Part shown: in pieces, positions 1 to 9,933 of the stretch
How the letters are laid out: each line of letters starts with the position of its first letter
Numbering within the stretch: the stretch's first letter is position 1
From: Mycobacterium phage prophiGD15-1
Length of the DNA stretch: 64,000 nt
Strand: one strand, 5' to 3'
Sequence record: MW584180.1
Program-made: the position numbers and the translations under genes
The notes under the pieces: model-generated
Told to the model about the DNA's origin: nothing
The model's input: only the letters and a program-made list of their open reading frames with translations
Databases searched by the model: none

Positions 1-43
1 CCGGAGAGACCGCAGTAAACAACGTTATGCGAGGGAGAGGGTA

Positions 44-436
44 GTGAAGGGTCACGTGAAGCGCACACTGGAAGTGCTGGAGGCGCTGGGGTTCACGCGC
101 GAAGACGACATGTTCGGGCGGCGCAAGTGGACTTTCCATCATTCATTCGCCCCCGACGAACAGCTGAAAGTATGGGAGGGCCAATCCGAGGCGGCATGCA
201 TAGCCGTGCAACAGAAGGCGCATGCCATTTCCGAAACCGGATCTTCCGGCCCATCCATGCCGAAAACCGTTGGGCGGCGCAAGCATCGCGTCAAAGCGGC
301 GTCATCGGGGCCGACCATCATGGAACTTGCTCGACAGGACCGTGAAGCCGCGCGCAAGGAACGGGACGCTGCACGGATCGAGGCGCGCCACGATCGCGAG
401 ATCAAGTCGCTAATGCAACCCGGTTGGGGGAGGTGA
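44..436 (+). CDS. hypothetical protein (GTG start), basic Arg/Lys-rich C-terminus
   Basis: 130-aa ORF directly upstream of and co-oriented with the Xis-like gene; no recognisable motif. Confidence 0.3.
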   Translation: MKGHVKRTLEVLEALGFTREDDMFGRRKWTFHHSFAPDEQLKVWEGQSEAACIAVQQKAHAISETGSSGPSMPKTVGRRKHRVKAASSGPTIMELARQDREAARKERDAARIEARHDREIKSLMQPGWGR

Positions 437-440
437 CGGC

Positions 441-683
441 ATGAGCATCTCTGAATCCCGCCTACGGGAGATTGTTCGACAAGAGATAGAGCGGTCAGCC
501 GGCGGTGCGCTACCCGCAGATGAGGCAGCCAAGTATTGCGGCATCTCGAGGTCAACACTCGATAGGCATCGGCAGGCTGGACACGTGCTGCCGCGTCACC
601 CCGGAAGCCGACCCGTCTACCTCATCTCTGAGCTCAACCGATTTCTTGAAGACCTGCCGTCAGAACCCAAGGGGGCGGCATGA
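441..683 (+). CDS. xis: excisionase-like / MerR-type HTH DNA-binding protein
   Basis: 80 aa; segment AAKYCGISRSTLDRHRQAG is a classic helix-turn-helix; size and position typical of phage Xis/AlpA family. Confidence 0.5.
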   Translation: MSISESRLREIVRQEIERSAGGALPADEAAKYCGISRSTLDRHRQAGHVLPRHPGSRPVYLISELNRFLEDLPSEPKGAA

Positions 684-1369
684 CGACAAAGGGTGTGCCG
701 ACACCATTGGGTGTTCGCGTCCGCACGCTACGTAAACAGCGTGGGTGGAGTGCGCAGAAGTTGTCCGATGAGACTGGCGGCTCGGTAACCCGTTGCGTGA
801 TTGCGGATTTGGAACTAGGCCGTAAAAAAGATCTATCACTAACCGCGGGAGCGGCTATCGCCTCCGCGTTTGGGATGAGCGTAGATCAGCTGATCTACTA
901 CGCCGTACCTGCGGGGGCGTATGCGGCCGCGCGGGAAATCGTGGATACAAAGCTCCGACTGGAATCAATTCTCGCCCTCAAGGCTGTTGCTGTTTGGCCG
1001 AAAGAGCCGTGGCCGCCACCCGATCCAGCTTCATCAGCATCAATAGCCGACGGCCTAGCCGAGTACGGACGCAGTGAAAGTGTGTCTAGTGACTGGCTTG
1101 CGGTTCCAGAAGCGCCCCTGAGGCGTATCAAGGCTCTCCTACAGCGCAGCGTTCGCGCACTGAATGAGGCAACCAGCGACGGCTCCACGGTGGGTAGGAA
1201 CTACTGGAAGGGCGCGCATGACAGCCTGCGACAAGTGCTACTTGGTCTCGGTCTATCACACATAGACATCGCCGCAGTGGAAGAAGATTCTTACCCCGCA
1301 CGTCAGGCACAGCGACGCGCGTTCGATGAGTTGCGAGAACTAGACGAAGAGATCGGCCTGGAGCCATGA
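680..1369 (+). CDS. XRE-family helix-turn-helix DNA-binding protein
   Basis: N-terminal segment VRVRTLRKQRGWSAQKLSDETGGSVTRCVIADLELG is an XRE HTH; ATGA overlap with upstream gene. Confidence 0.55.
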   Translation: MTTKGVPTPLGVRVRTLRKQRGWSAQKLSDETGGSVTRCVIADLELGRKKDLSLTAGAAIASAFGMSVDQLIYYAVPAGAYAAAREIVDTKLRLESILALKAVAVWPKEPWPPPDPASSASIADGLAEYGRSESVSSDWLAVPEAPLRRIKALLQRSVRALNEATSDGSTVGRNYWKGAHDSLRQVLLGLGLSHIDIAAVEEDSYPARQAQRRAFDELRELDEEIGLEP

Positions 1370-1548
1370 AGGAATTTTCTGTGGATGATCAGGTTCGGCA
1401 GATGATCGAGCGCCTGACACGCGAGGCGGACCGCCTTGATGCGGACAGCTCTGCGCGGATAGCAGCGTTTCATCGCGACGAAACACGCCAGGCCAAGAAA
1501 CGTAGAGAAGCCCATCTCATTGCCGCCGGCCGACGAATACACAACTGA
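1366..1548 (+). CDS. hypothetical protein
   Basis: 60-aa ORF with 4-nt ATGA overlap to upstream gene. Confidence 0.35.
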   Translation: MKEFSVDDQVRQMIERLTREADRLDADSSARIAAFHRDETRQAKKRREAHLIAAGRRIHN

Positions 1549-1559
1549 ATAACCCCCGA

Positions 1560-1598
1560 ACGCTGGGGCGGGACATCTTGGCGGAAGACCGCCCCAGC
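1560..1598 (+). promoter_or_regulatory. perfect 11-bp inverted repeat (CGCTGGGGCGG ... CCGCCCCAGCG) stem-loop without U tract
   Basis: seen directly in intergenic sequence between two gene blocks; could be a U-tract-less terminator or an operator. Confidence 0.35.
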
Positions 1599-1629
1599 GC
1601 CACTGCAACCAACACCTTGGAGGTGTGGC

Positions 1630-1938
1630 GTGTTCAAGCATAGATCCATCACGGCGGTAGCCGTAACAGTCCTAGCGGTTTCATGTGCTCCACCAGCCCA
1701 CGCGGACTCGGCTCAAGACCTAGCCGAAAAGTACGGCATCTCGGTGTGCCGCAGTCTGGACGCTGATCCCACGATCGATGGGGTTCTCAACACCGGGATA
1801 TCACTCACCAAAAAAGCGAACATCGACCCGTATGTAGCGGGACAAGTGTTGGCATACAGCGCCATCTGGTTTTGCCCCACGCACATCACTCTCTTGAAGC
1901 GGTTCGCCGACTACTACAAGGGAGGGCGAGAAGCATGA
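1630..1938 (+). CDS. secreted DUF732-like protein (signal peptide, two conserved Cys)
   Basis: N-terminal hydrophobic signal AVAVTVLAVSCAPPAHA followed by mature domain with Cys...Cys-Pro architecture typical of mycobacterial DUF732; GGAGG RBS upstream of GTG. Confidence 0.55.
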   Translation: MFKHRSITAVAVTVLAVSCAPPAHADSAQDLAEKYGISVCRSLDADPTIDGVLNTGISLTKKANIDPYVAGQVLAYSAIWFCPTHITLLKRFADYYKGGREA

Positions 1939-2282
1939 ACCCCAGTGGTTTCCATCTTCATTGTGATGGTGCATATCCGTTGCCGCCGTTGAAGATTTAC
2001 GGGCCTAGAGCTGCTGGAACTCGCAACGTTCTTGACTGCATCGCAGAGATGGATTTGGAGGACATCGAGGAGATGTTGGCCTCTGTCCGTAGCCAACTAC
2101 CCAACCCGGAGTCGGTGTTGTGGCGGTACGACAAGTGCGAGTTGGAGACCTACACGGCGCTAAGCGCTGAACTCAAGGTCAACCCACGGGCATTGAATGC
2201 CGAACTCAAGCACGGATGCGAATTCAACTGGGACTCAGATGGCCCCGAGTATTCCGAAGATGAAGAAGGGGAGGCGGCGTGA
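1935..2282 (+). CDS. hypothetical protein, acidic C-terminus
   Basis: ATG overlapping upstream stop (ATGA); 115 aa. Confidence 0.4.
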   Translation: MNPSGFHLHCDGAYPLPPLKIYGPRAAGTRNVLDCIAEMDLEDIEEMLASVRSQLPNPESVLWRYDKCELETYTALSAELKVNPRALNAELKHGCEFNWDSDGPEYSEDEEGEAA

Positions 2283-2434
2283 TGTTCGCCCTACTCATAG
2301 CTGTATGCGCGATCGTCTTCCTTGCAGTCATTCTCGGCGGGCTTGGGCTTGGCGGGTGGGCGATGTGGGAGTGCTGGAAAACCGCACACCGTCCTGGCTA
2401 TCAGTCCCCGCTAGTGCACGGTTGGGAGGACTGA
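2282..2434 (+). CDS. small membrane protein (50 aa)
   Basis: single predicted TM helix FALLIAVCAIVFLAVILGGLGLGGW; below ORF-table cutoff, found by reading sequence. Confidence 0.3.
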   Translation: MFALLIAVCAIVFLAVILGGLGLGGWAMWECWKTAHRPGYQSPLVHGWED

Positions 2435-2610
2435 TGCGCGAGCTATTCACGTTCCCAATCTGCCACGCACACCAAGTGTTCCACCCATGTAGGCCGTGCG
2501 AGAGGGAGCAGGCCCGTAACCAGGTCAAGAACTGGACCGCTATCGGGTGGCTGCTCACGTTCTCGGTGTTTTTCATGGTCGTTCTATGGTACTCGGCAGG
2601 TGGGCGATGA
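2434..2610 (+). CDS. small membrane protein (58 aa)
   Basis: ATGA-coupled; C-terminal TM helix LLTFSVFFMVVLWY. Confidence 0.3.
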   Translation: MRELFTFPICHAHQVFHPCRPCEREQARNQVKNWTAIGWLLTFSVFFMVVLWYSAGGR

Positions 2611-2837
2611 ACATCCGAGAACTAGGCGCCGTGGACCAGCTGTTCGCGGCAGCCAACGACCACCTTTCCGAAGCGGTGATCACCGTGAAGGAAATGGTTG
2701 ATGCACATGGACCAGAAGAGGTGTGGGACAGATTCATCCGTGTGCTGACCGAACGTATTGAAGCAGGCGATTCGGATATCAAGACCATCGTCCATATTCA
2801 CGCTACAGCGTTGATCCGGTTAGCGAGGCAGTCATGA
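2607..2837 (+). CDS. hypothetical protein
   Basis: ATGA-coupled ORF, 76 aa. Confidence 0.35.
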   Translation: MNIRELGAVDQLFAAANDHLSEAVITVKEMVDAHGPEEVWDRFIRVLTERIEAGDSDIKTIVHIHATALIRLARQS

Positions 2838-2979
2838 GCCTGTATGAATTCCACTGGCGCAATGGTGTATCCGAAGAGCTGTATGGCGATAGTGCTGCCG
2901 ACGCTCTCGTCCGTGCTGGTTATGGAAGTGGCGCACTAGCCGCGCTCGACTACTACGAAGAGAAGCGGGGGGCGTCACA

Positions 2980-3177
2980 GTGAGGGATCAAATCATTGCC
3001 GTCATGGTTGTAGCTGTCCTCGCCCTGATGATCGCATGGCAGACATCCGATACTCGGGAGTGGCGTAAGGAAAACAAGGCCCTGCGCCGTGAAATCGCCC
3101 GCCTGTCAAAGCATCCCTCTACCTATGAGCCTGAACCACTCCCGTATATGCAGAGGTTGTATGCGGACGATGAGTAG
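2980..3177 (+). CDS. small membrane protein
   Basis: N-terminal TM helix IIAVMVVAVLALMIAW, then charged tail. Confidence 0.35.
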   Translation: MRDQIIAVMVVAVLALMIAWQTSDTREWRKENKALRREIARLSKHPSTYEPEPLPYMQRLYADDE

Positions 3178-3367
3178 GTACACGATCAATCATGACGAGG
3201 CCGATGCGCGGGTGTTGTTGATGTGCGCGGAAATGCTCAAGCACCTTGACCTAGCCGGCCGTGGCGGTGTTGATGTGTCCGCTTCTATTGCCGAGGTTAT
3301 GGCCAGGCGTGATGAAGTGTTGCGTTCCAGGGGTATTGAGCCGAACGGGCAGGGGACATGCAAATGA
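3167..3367 (+). CDS. hypothetical protein
   Basis: overlapping coupled ORF. Confidence 0.3.
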   Translation, partial: TMSRYTINHDEADARVLLMCAEMLKHLDLAGRGGVDVSASIAEVMARRDEVLRSRGIEPNGQGTCK

Positions 3368-3634
3368 GTGGGTTGAGTGATGCGCAGCGCGGGGCGCTCA
3401 AGAGTTGCTTGGAAGAGATCTATTTCGGGTACGGCGAGAAGGATTGGGAACGCCTCGCTGGTGAAGCTACTGATCGGATCGCGTCTGCGGTGAGGACGGC
3501 GTCATGAGCGACTACATCAAGGATGTTCTTAAAGACGCTATCGAGGAAGAGCTTTCGTTGGGTGGTGATGCGGGGACTGTGATGGCCCGTATCGGTGAGG
3601 TGTTGTCAGAAGAGGGCTACAGGGTGGTGGCGTT

Positions 3635-4837
3635 GTGAAGCTGGAACCGACCGAAGCGCAGCGGAAAGCCATGAGGCACATAGCGGGGATTCGGCTCGAT
3701 GCAGCCGCGCACCACCGCTTTAAGCCTGATCCTGAAGAGTTCCTTACTGAGCTAATCGCTGCCGCTAACAGCATCCCTGAGGGGCCACCTGTTGGCACCA
3801 TCGCACGACGACCAGACGGGGAGTGGATTGCATGGCGCACCGAAGACGGTTGGGGGTACCGGTTCATCGGGGATGAGGAACCGAACGAATGGCCTCCCGG
3901 TAGTAGCATCGCCGACTTTTGGCCGCAGATCCGCCCCGACGAGTGGCCCGAACAAGTAGGGTTGGATTGGTTCCCACCTGGCGAAGAGCCGATTGTGCCT
4001 CGGCCCGACCCAACAGCACAACAGGAACCGGGGGCGTTCAACCGCTTTCCGGGAATTGAGAATCCCACCACCTCCGACTACATCGGGGCGGCTGTTGCCG
4101 ATGAGCAGCTGAAGTTGGTGTTCGCTCTCCGCGATGTGCGTAAAGAGCGGGGTCTGGAAATAGCGGAAGTGGCAGAGGCCGCAGACGTGCCCGCCTCTGA
4201 GATCTCCATGTTTGAGAGCGGTTCGAGTAATCCGACTTTGTCGTTGGTTCGCCGTTACGCCAAGGCGGTGGGGGCGGTTTTCACGGTTGATGTGCGTAAG
4301 TGGGAAGACACTCAGCCACAACGGGAACCGGCGCTACGCGAACGGTTTCCCGAGCAGGCATCGGCTTACGTGGCCGACCCCGAGTTAGCCGAGGTTGACG
4401 ATGAACCACTCCCATCCGGGTCACTGATCACCCCCAAGCCCCGTACACCCCGTGTCGTTGACCGTCTAGGGGTAGACGAGCAGGGATCACGGTGGCGGGA
4501 TGAGAACGGATTAATCCACTCGTTCACGGAGGGTGCAGACGGTGGGCGATGGAAGACGCAGATTGGTGGGTCCTGGTACCCGTGGGCGAAGGGTGTAGTG
4601 CCGCATGGCGGCGAGTACACCGAAATCCTTGAGCCCCGTGTACTAGCCAGCCTGGCCTATAACGAGGCGCGCGAGGGCGCGGTGTGGAGCATCGTCACCA
4701 AAGCGGGGGTTAGGCGCCTGTTTCAGTGTCAATCCGACAGGTGGCACACGCGACTCGACCTTCCTGGTACGCACTGGACACTATGCGAGAACTTCGGTGA
4801 CGGCCCCTACACCGAAGTTCTCGGTGATCCCTCATGA
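3635..4837 (+). CDS. helix-turn-helix domain protein (400 aa)
   Basis: central segment LKLVFALRDVRKERGLEIAEVAEAADVPASEISMFESG...LSLVRRYAKAVG is an XRE-type HTH. Confidence 0.5.
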   Translation: MKLEPTEAQRKAMRHIAGIRLDAAAHHRFKPDPEEFLTELIAAANSIPEGPPVGTIARRPDGEWIAWRTEDGWGYRFIGDEEPNEWPPGSSIADFWPQIRPDEWPEQVGLDWFPPGEEPIVPRPDPTAQQEPGAFNRFPGIENPTTSDYIGAAVADEQLKLVFALRDVRKERGLEIAEVAEAADVPASEISMFESGSSNPTLSLVRRYAKAVGAVFTVDVRKWEDTQPQREPALRERFPEQASAYVADPELAEVDDEPLPSGSLITPKPRTPRVVDRLGVDEQGSRWRDENGLIHSFTEGADGGRWKTQIGGSWYPWAKGVVPHGGEYTEILEPRVLASLAYNEAREGAVWSIVTKAGVRRLFQCQSDRWHTRLDLPGTHWTLCENFGDGPYTEVLGDPS

Positions 4838-4958
4838 CTCGTGGTGTCCGTATGTCCGATTGGCTCGCAACCGATTACCGGCGTCTGTCTGATCCTGGTC
4901 CTGCTGTTCCTGACTGGTTTTGGGTTGATGACGAGTACGACGAGAAGGGGAACCCGCG

Positions 4959-5456
4959 GTGAGTGAGACGGCTAGAGCGGCGGTTGCTTATCTTGCCGCA
5001 CTGAACGTGTTGGGCAAGGCCGCGCCGGCCGCGAAAGAAGCAGTGAAGGCTGAGCTTGTCCAGGGCGACGGACTGGCCGGGTTTATTGACGGACACAAGG
5101 TCGGCACCGCCACATGGGTCACCTCGAACCGTGTCGCCACAGTCGCCGACGAAGCGGGATTTGTGCAGTGGGTCAAAGACCACTGCGGCGAAACCGAAAT
5201 CGTTGAGGTTGTGCGCGAAGCGTTCCGCAAGCACCTGTTAGTCAATGCCCTTGAGCAGGACGGCCAAGTGTGGCTGCGCGGCGAGGTATGCCCTTATGTG
5301 GTGTTCGAACAACTCAAAGAGCCCTACGTGAAGATCACCCCCACTAAGGATGCCGCCGAGATCGTGTCAAACGCACTCGCCAGTGGGCGGCTATCGCTTG
5401 ACGGAACCGTGAAAGCCCTGGAATCCAACATTATTGATGCGGAGGTTGAATCATGA
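4959..5456 (+). CDS. hypothetical protein
   Basis: 165-aa ORF, coupled to downstream ERF-like gene. Confidence 0.45.
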   Translation: MSETARAAVAYLAALNVLGKAAPAAKEAVKAELVQGDGLAGFIDGHKVGTATWVTSNRVATVADEAGFVQWVKDHCGETEIVEVVREAFRKHLLVNALEQDGQVWLRGEVCPYVVFEQLKEPYVKITPTKDAAEIVSNALASGRLSLDGTVKALESNIIDAEVES

Positions 5457-6091
5457 CCACCATCTACCAAGCGCTATCCGAGGTGATGAAGGATGTCGGA
5501 GCCGTCCGCAAGGGTGAGCGGAACCAGCAGCAAGGCTTCTCATTCCGCGGGATCGATGCAGTCACATCGGCGGTGTATCCAGCTCTCACGAAGCACGGCG
5601 TGATCGTTGTACCGAAGGTCTTGGACTACGAGTACGGGACTGTTGAGGTGGGCCGCAACCGCACCCTCATGGGGCATGCACGGCTGACAGTAGAGTTCAC
5701 CTGGTATGGACCAGATGGTGACTCGATCACCTCTGTCGCCGCAGCAGAGTCAATGGATGCCGGCGACAAAGCTACCGCTAAAGCGCACTCAGTGGCTTTC
5801 CGTACTGCAATGCTACAAACCCTCTGCCTACCAACGGATGAGCCGGACCCAGACTCACAGGTGTATGAGAGGTCATCGGCACCCCCAGAGCGCACCGACG
5901 TAGACGACGCACTCGACGAGCTCGCCGCGGCCTGCACCGAGAACGGGTGGGACCAACGTGAGACCGCAGGGAAGTTCTTCTCTGAGCATGGCAAGCCCCC
6001 GCGGCAGTGCACCGCAGATGTGATCCGCAAGTTCATTGGCGATTTGATCAAGCCTCACCCCGCGGAGCGAGCGGAGGCCGCTAGTGCCTAG
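5453..6091 (+). CDS. ERF-superfamily single-strand annealing protein (recombinase)
   Basis: N-terminal region ...KGERNQQQGFSFRGIDAVTSAVYPALTKHGVIVVP resembles the conserved ERF core (K..N..g.y.y.s.edi...v.p.L). Confidence 0.5.
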   Translation: MTTIYQALSEVMKDVGAVRKGERNQQQGFSFRGIDAVTSAVYPALTKHGVIVVPKVLDYEYGTVEVGRNRTLMGHARLTVEFTWYGPDGDSITSVAAAESMDAGDKATAKAHSVAFRTAMLQTLCLPTDEPDPDSQVYERSSAPPERTDVDDALDELAAACTENGWDQRETAGKFFSEHGKPPRQCTADVIRKFIGDLIKPHPAERAEAASA

Positions 6092-6509
6092 GCCGGATAT
6101 CGGGGATGTGCGCGCCGGCCTGCTAACAGTGAAGCAGGCGGCCAGGATCCGAGGATGTAAACCCAAATATCTTGAGCAGTTGGTATGGCAGGCGGTAAAG
6201 GCGGATGTCCTGGAACGGGATGGGGCCTGTGTTATCTGCTCCCGCCCGGACGGGGTGTTGGACGTTCACCACCGCATGGCCCGCGGGAGCGGCGGAACTT
6301 CCGTGGCCCATATCGCTTTCGGTATGGCCAATCTGATCACTTTATGCAGAGAGCACCACATGTGGGTGGAGGGTAACCCCGACGAGGCTCGCGAGCATGG
6401 CTGGAAGTTAGACCATGGCGACACCCTGCCGGCGGATCTTGAGGTTCTGAGGTTCGGCGCAACAGTCCGTCTCTTTGACGACGGCTCTTTCTTGGCGGTG
6501 GTGGCGTGA
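6084..6509 (+). CDS. HNH endonuclease
   Basis: CVIC...HH...N LITLCREHH motif (Cys pair, His-His, Asn, Cys/His). Confidence 0.6.
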   Translation: MPRPDIGDVRAGLLTVKQAARIRGCKPKYLEQLVWQAVKADVLERDGACVICSRPDGVLDVHHRMARGSGGTSVAHIAFGMANLITLCREHHMWVEGNPDEAREHGWKLDHGDTLPADLEVLRFGATVRLFDDGSFLAVVA

Positions 6510-6922
6510 TGGCAACGTTTGATCCGCTGAATGTGGAGGCCGCTCTTCAGGGATATCCGGTGTCGTTGTCAAAACCGGATCGTGTGGTGGCGGCGAAAGC
6601 CCTAACCGCTCAAGGGTTGTCCGGGACAGAGGTGGCGCGCCGACTGAATGTTACCGACCGCCAGATCGAGCGGTATAAGGCTGAGCCGATGCCTGAACCT
6701 GAAGGCCCTCCAGAGGTGGATTACGAGTTCTGCGGCAACGAAAACGTTTTGGTTCGTAAAGCCACCGAGTTGATCCGGTCTCTGCGAACCAAGGATCACT
6801 TGGAGGTGTTGGGGGATTGTGTGGACTTCTGTGCCTGGCATCCGGGTGTAGCGGCACAGGTTATGTGTGCGTTGGCGTTGTGGGCTGATTCGGGGGAGTG
6901 GGCGTTGGGGAGGTCGGCGTGA
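6506..6922 (+). CDS. HTH DNA-binding protein
   Basis: LTAQGLSGTEVARRLNVTDRQIERYKAE helix-turn-helix. Confidence 0.45.
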   Translation: MMATFDPLNVEAALQGYPVSLSKPDRVVAAKALTAQGLSGTEVARRLNVTDRQIERYKAEPMPEPEGPPEVDYEFCGNENVLVRKATELIRSLRTKDHLEVLGDCVDFCAWHPGVAAQVMCALALWADSGEWALGRSA

Positions 6923-7061
6923 CTGTTTGGCCTACCTACCACTTCTGCCGTTGTGGTCATCAGAGATACCAGCATAACGGTCAATCAGCTGAGTGTTACG
7001 GGGCTTTGGATGACGGTGTGACCCTTTGTGATTGCGGAGGGTTTGTTGAAGACAAGAAGGA

Positions 7062-7328
7062 ATGCGCATGAGCGAGCCTAAGAACGCCAATGAGATCATC
7101 ACGCAAGCCGCGATCAGATGGTACGGCCCCGCCTTCACCCTTGGCAGCGCCGGATTTGGTGGCTTCATCCTTGAAGAACTGAAGGCCAACGGATACGCAG
7201 TAGTAGAACTACCGAGATCCCTGCCGGTAACACCGGAGGTGCAATCCGGGTGTGAGCACACATGCCTTATTGGGTCTGATCTTCTCGCCGCTGCTGCTGC
7301 GGCTGCACGTGATTCGGAGGAGCGATGA
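7062..7328 (+). CDS. hypothetical protein
   Basis: 88-aa ORF, coupled to PAPS reductase-like gene. Confidence 0.35.
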   Translation: MRMSEPKNANEIITQAAIRWYGPAFTLGSAGFGGFILEELKANGYAVVELPRSLPVTPEVQSGCEHTCLIGSDLLAAAAAAARDSEER

Positions 7329-8428
7329 GCGACCTGCGGGAAGGGCTACTTTTTCCCAACCTCCTAACCCGTTCTGAACGTCGTGAATTGGATCGCGAAC
7401 CAGAGCCCAGATTCCTGTATCAGAGCATGGGCGCGGGGTGGCAGTCGACGGCTATAGCGCTCTTAGCGGCGCAGGGGGTCATTGAGAAGCCCCGGTTTGC
7501 GGTATTCGCCGATACCGGCTGGGAGCCACCGGAGGTATACGCGCATCTCGCTCGTCTAGATGAGGAGGTGTTGGCGCCGGCTGGGATAGCCCTGGTGCGC
7601 GTTCGGGCAGGGAGTATCTACGACGAGGCTTTGGACCCCCACTTTCCAAGATCCCTGCCGTTGTACACGAGGGACCCAAAGACTGGCGAGCCAGGCGGTA
7701 TTACCAGCCGGGCCTGCACAACCAACTTCAAGATGATCGCCATCTATCGGTGGTTGCGTGAGCAGTTGGGAGCCAAGGTAAGCGAGGGGTCCTGCACTTT
7801 CTGTAGCGGCGAGGGGCAGCGCAATGCCCCCTGGTTGGTGAAGTATGGACACGAAAAACCCTGGGGTATCTGCTCGGTCTGCCGGGGGACTGGCACTGTC
7901 CGGAAGGTTGGCGCGCCACCACAAGGGGTGTGGGCGCGCAGCTACGTGGGCTTCTCTGCTGATGAGATGGGCCGGATATCGCCGTCGCGCGTGTCCTACG
8001 CCTTCGACACTTTCCCTTTGGTTGGCAGGGATCAAAACGGCGAGGTTGTGCCGCCTGATCTTTCAATGTCTCGGCACGACTGCGGTGAGTACAACACGCG
8101 TCACGGATTCCCTGAGGTGATGAAGTCGGCGTGTATCGGCTGTCCGTGGCATTCGGACGCTGAGTGGATCCGCATCAAACAAGATGAGCGGCAGTGGCAG
8201 CAGGTTGTTGATCTGGACCGCAGTATCCGAAACACCCCCGGTTTAGACAACGAAGCCTTTCTCCATAAGAGCCGCATTCCTATTGAGGATGTGACTTTCG
8301 AGTCGGCGGATGACGTTGAGCGTCCCAGCTGCTCTCCGTACGGATGCCGTAGCGGGCTGGATACCGATTCCGTGGCACCGCCCTCGCTTTTCGATGACGA
8401 CTGGATCGATCTAGAGGAGACCGCATGA
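7325..8428 (+). CDS. phosphoadenosine phosphosulfate (PAPS) reductase-like protein
   Basis: N-terminal PP-loop-like segment FLYQSMGAGWQSTAIALL and overall similarity to the PAPS-reductase fold found in actinophages; C-terminal Cys cluster. Confidence 0.6.
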   Translation: MSDLREGLLFPNLLTRSERRELDREPEPRFLYQSMGAGWQSTAIALLAAQGVIEKPRFAVFADTGWEPPEVYAHLARLDEEVLAPAGIALVRVRAGSIYDEALDPHFPRSLPLYTRDPKTGEPGGITSRACTTNFKMIAIYRWLREQLGAKVSEGSCTFCSGEGQRNAPWLVKYGHEKPWGICSVCRGTGTVRKVGAPPQGVWARSYVGFSADEMGRISPSRVSYAFDTFPLVGRDQNGEVVPPDLSMSRHDCGEYNTRHGFPEVMKSACIGCPWHSDAEWIRIKQDERQWQQVVDLDRSIRNTPGLDNEAFLHKSRIPIEDVTFESADDVERPSCSPYGCRSGLDTDSVAPPSLFDDDWIDLEETA

Positions 8429-8560
8429 CCGACCTTTGTTCCTGCGGCCACGATCTCGATGAGCATCAACGTCACTACGGCACTTGTAAAGCCACTATCC
8501 CTGGTTCTTTTGAGCCTCTTTACCGGTACTGCCCTTGTGGGGGATTTGATAGGAGTGACG

Positions 8561-8713
8561 ATGAGTGACGAGCGTCTGGATTCCTTGGCGAAAGAACTCT
8601 GCGAGAAGCGTTCTGTGTCCGCGCCGCTGCGATGGGATTCGCTCACATCTGACCAGAAAGACACATGGCGGCGGATGGCTGCGCAGCGCCTCAACGACCA
8701 GGAGGCGGTGTAG
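8561..8713 (+). CDS. hypothetical protein
   Basis: small ORF with RBS-like GGAG upstream. Confidence 0.3.
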   Translation: MSDERLDSLAKELCEKRSVSAPLRWDSLTSDQKDTWRRMAAQRLNDQEAV

Positions 8714-9649
8714 ATGGGCTGGATACGCGTCTCTGATGACTTCTACGACAACGACAAGTTCAGTGAAGTCGGACCACTGGGGGTGGCGCTGCACTTCGCG
8801 GCGATGGGTTTCTGTAACCGGAACCTAACGGACGGATTCTTCAAAAAGAACAAGGCTCGACTTTTCCTTGACTTCGACGGCATCGGTATCACCACTAGTC
8901 AATCGGATTGCTTCGGTGTTGGCGTCGACGGTGATGACGCGGTGAAGTTGGTCATCGAATGGATGATGGCATCAGAGCTTTGGCACGAGTGTGGCCATGG
9001 GTGCGAGGAATGTCATTCCCGCGAAGACGGCGGCGAACCTGGCGGCGATGAGTACCTGATCCACGACTACCTGAAGTTCCAGTTTTCGCGTCAGGAAATC
9101 GAGGAGAAGGCCGAGAAAGCTAGGGCGCGCAAGGAGGCCTGGAAGGCTAGGCAGGCGGTAGAACGTAGTTCGGAACAGCGTTCGGAACGGGGGAAGAACG
9201 GCGTTCGGAACGCTGCAGGAACGCTGGCGGAACACGACAACCCAACCCCAACCCCAACCCCAACCCCAACCCCAACGAAAGATTCATTCTTCGTTCCTCA
9301 GAATGAATCTTTAGGGGGGTCACCAAAACCGGGAACCTCACCAGAGCCCGAGTCGGCGTCAGCCCCGCGCTGCGCGCGCCACCCCTACGGAAATCCCGAA
9401 GACGAAAACTGCCGGGGCTGCAAGCGAGTCAAAGACGCCGAGAAGGCACAGGAACTCCAGGCCGAAATCGCAGAGAAGGCGGCACGCACAGCAGCAGCCG
9501 AGCGGCGACGCAACTGCAAGCTCTGCGGCGGCAGCGGATGGATCGACCTCCCTGACGATTCCGGCGTCATCGACTGCGAATGCAAGACGCCCATCCCAAA
9601 TCTCCAGCTTGTCCATGACGCCACAAACCAAAGGAGGTCGGCATCGTGA
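8714..9649 (+). CDS. putative replication initiation / replisome-organiser-like protein with (PT)7 linker and C-terminal Cys4 zinc-finger motifs
   Basis: N-terminus MGWIRVSDDFYDNDKFSEVGPLGVALHFAAMGF resembles phage replisome organiser/DnaD-like N-termini; CRGCKRV and CKLCGGSG...CEC motifs. Confidence 0.4.
   Translation: MGWIRVSDDFYDNDKFSEVGPLGVALHFAAMGFCNRNLTDGFFKKNKARLFLDFDGIGITTSQSDCFGVGVDGDDAVKLVIEWMMASELWHECGHGCEECHSREDGGEPGGDEYLIHDYLKFQFSRQEIEEKAEKARARKEAWKARQAVERSSEQRSERGKNGVRNAAGTLAEHDNPTPTPTPTPTPTKDSFFVPQNESLGGSPKPGTSPEPESASAPRCARHPYGNPEDENCRGCKRVKDAEKAQELQAEIAEKAARTAAAERRRNCKLCGGSGWIDLPDDSGVIDCECKTPIPNLQLVHDATNQRRSAS
9240..9283 (+). repeat. hexanucleotide tandem repeat (CCAACC)x7 encoding PTPTPTPTPTPT
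   Basis: seen directly in sequence. Confidence 0.85.
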
Positions 9650-9933
9650 CTACCCAAGCCATAACAGACATCAAAGAACTCGTAGGAGAAATGCCAGCGA
9701 GGGGATGTGAGTGGCCCAGCCACGCGTGTGATTCGCAGGCGCACTGGATCGCTCGCTGTCATTGCATGCGCGGATGGGTCTGCGTGTCGCTCGTGCTGGA
9801 GTTATGCGACCGCCACAAAGATGAAGCCCTGTCTATTGCGACGGAGGCCGTCACCGAACGTCGTTTCTGCTACAGCTGCGGCGTCGCGGCATTGAGCTCG
9901 TCTGACGTGGTCGGTCCGGTGATGCCGCTATGA
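9646..9933 (+). CDS. Cys-rich hypothetical protein
   Basis: GTGA-coupled 95-aa ORF with many Cys/His. Confidence 0.4.
   Translation: MTTQAITDIKELVGEMPARGCEWPSHACDSQAHWIARCHCMRGWVCVSLVLELCDRHKDEALSIATEAVTERRFCYSCGVAALSSSDVVGPVMPL

Noticed and set aside
9240-9283. CCAACC repeats as telomere-like or origin iterons
   Set aside because: The repeat is inside an ORF, in frame, and encodes a PT linker. Nothing suggests an ori or telomere function.
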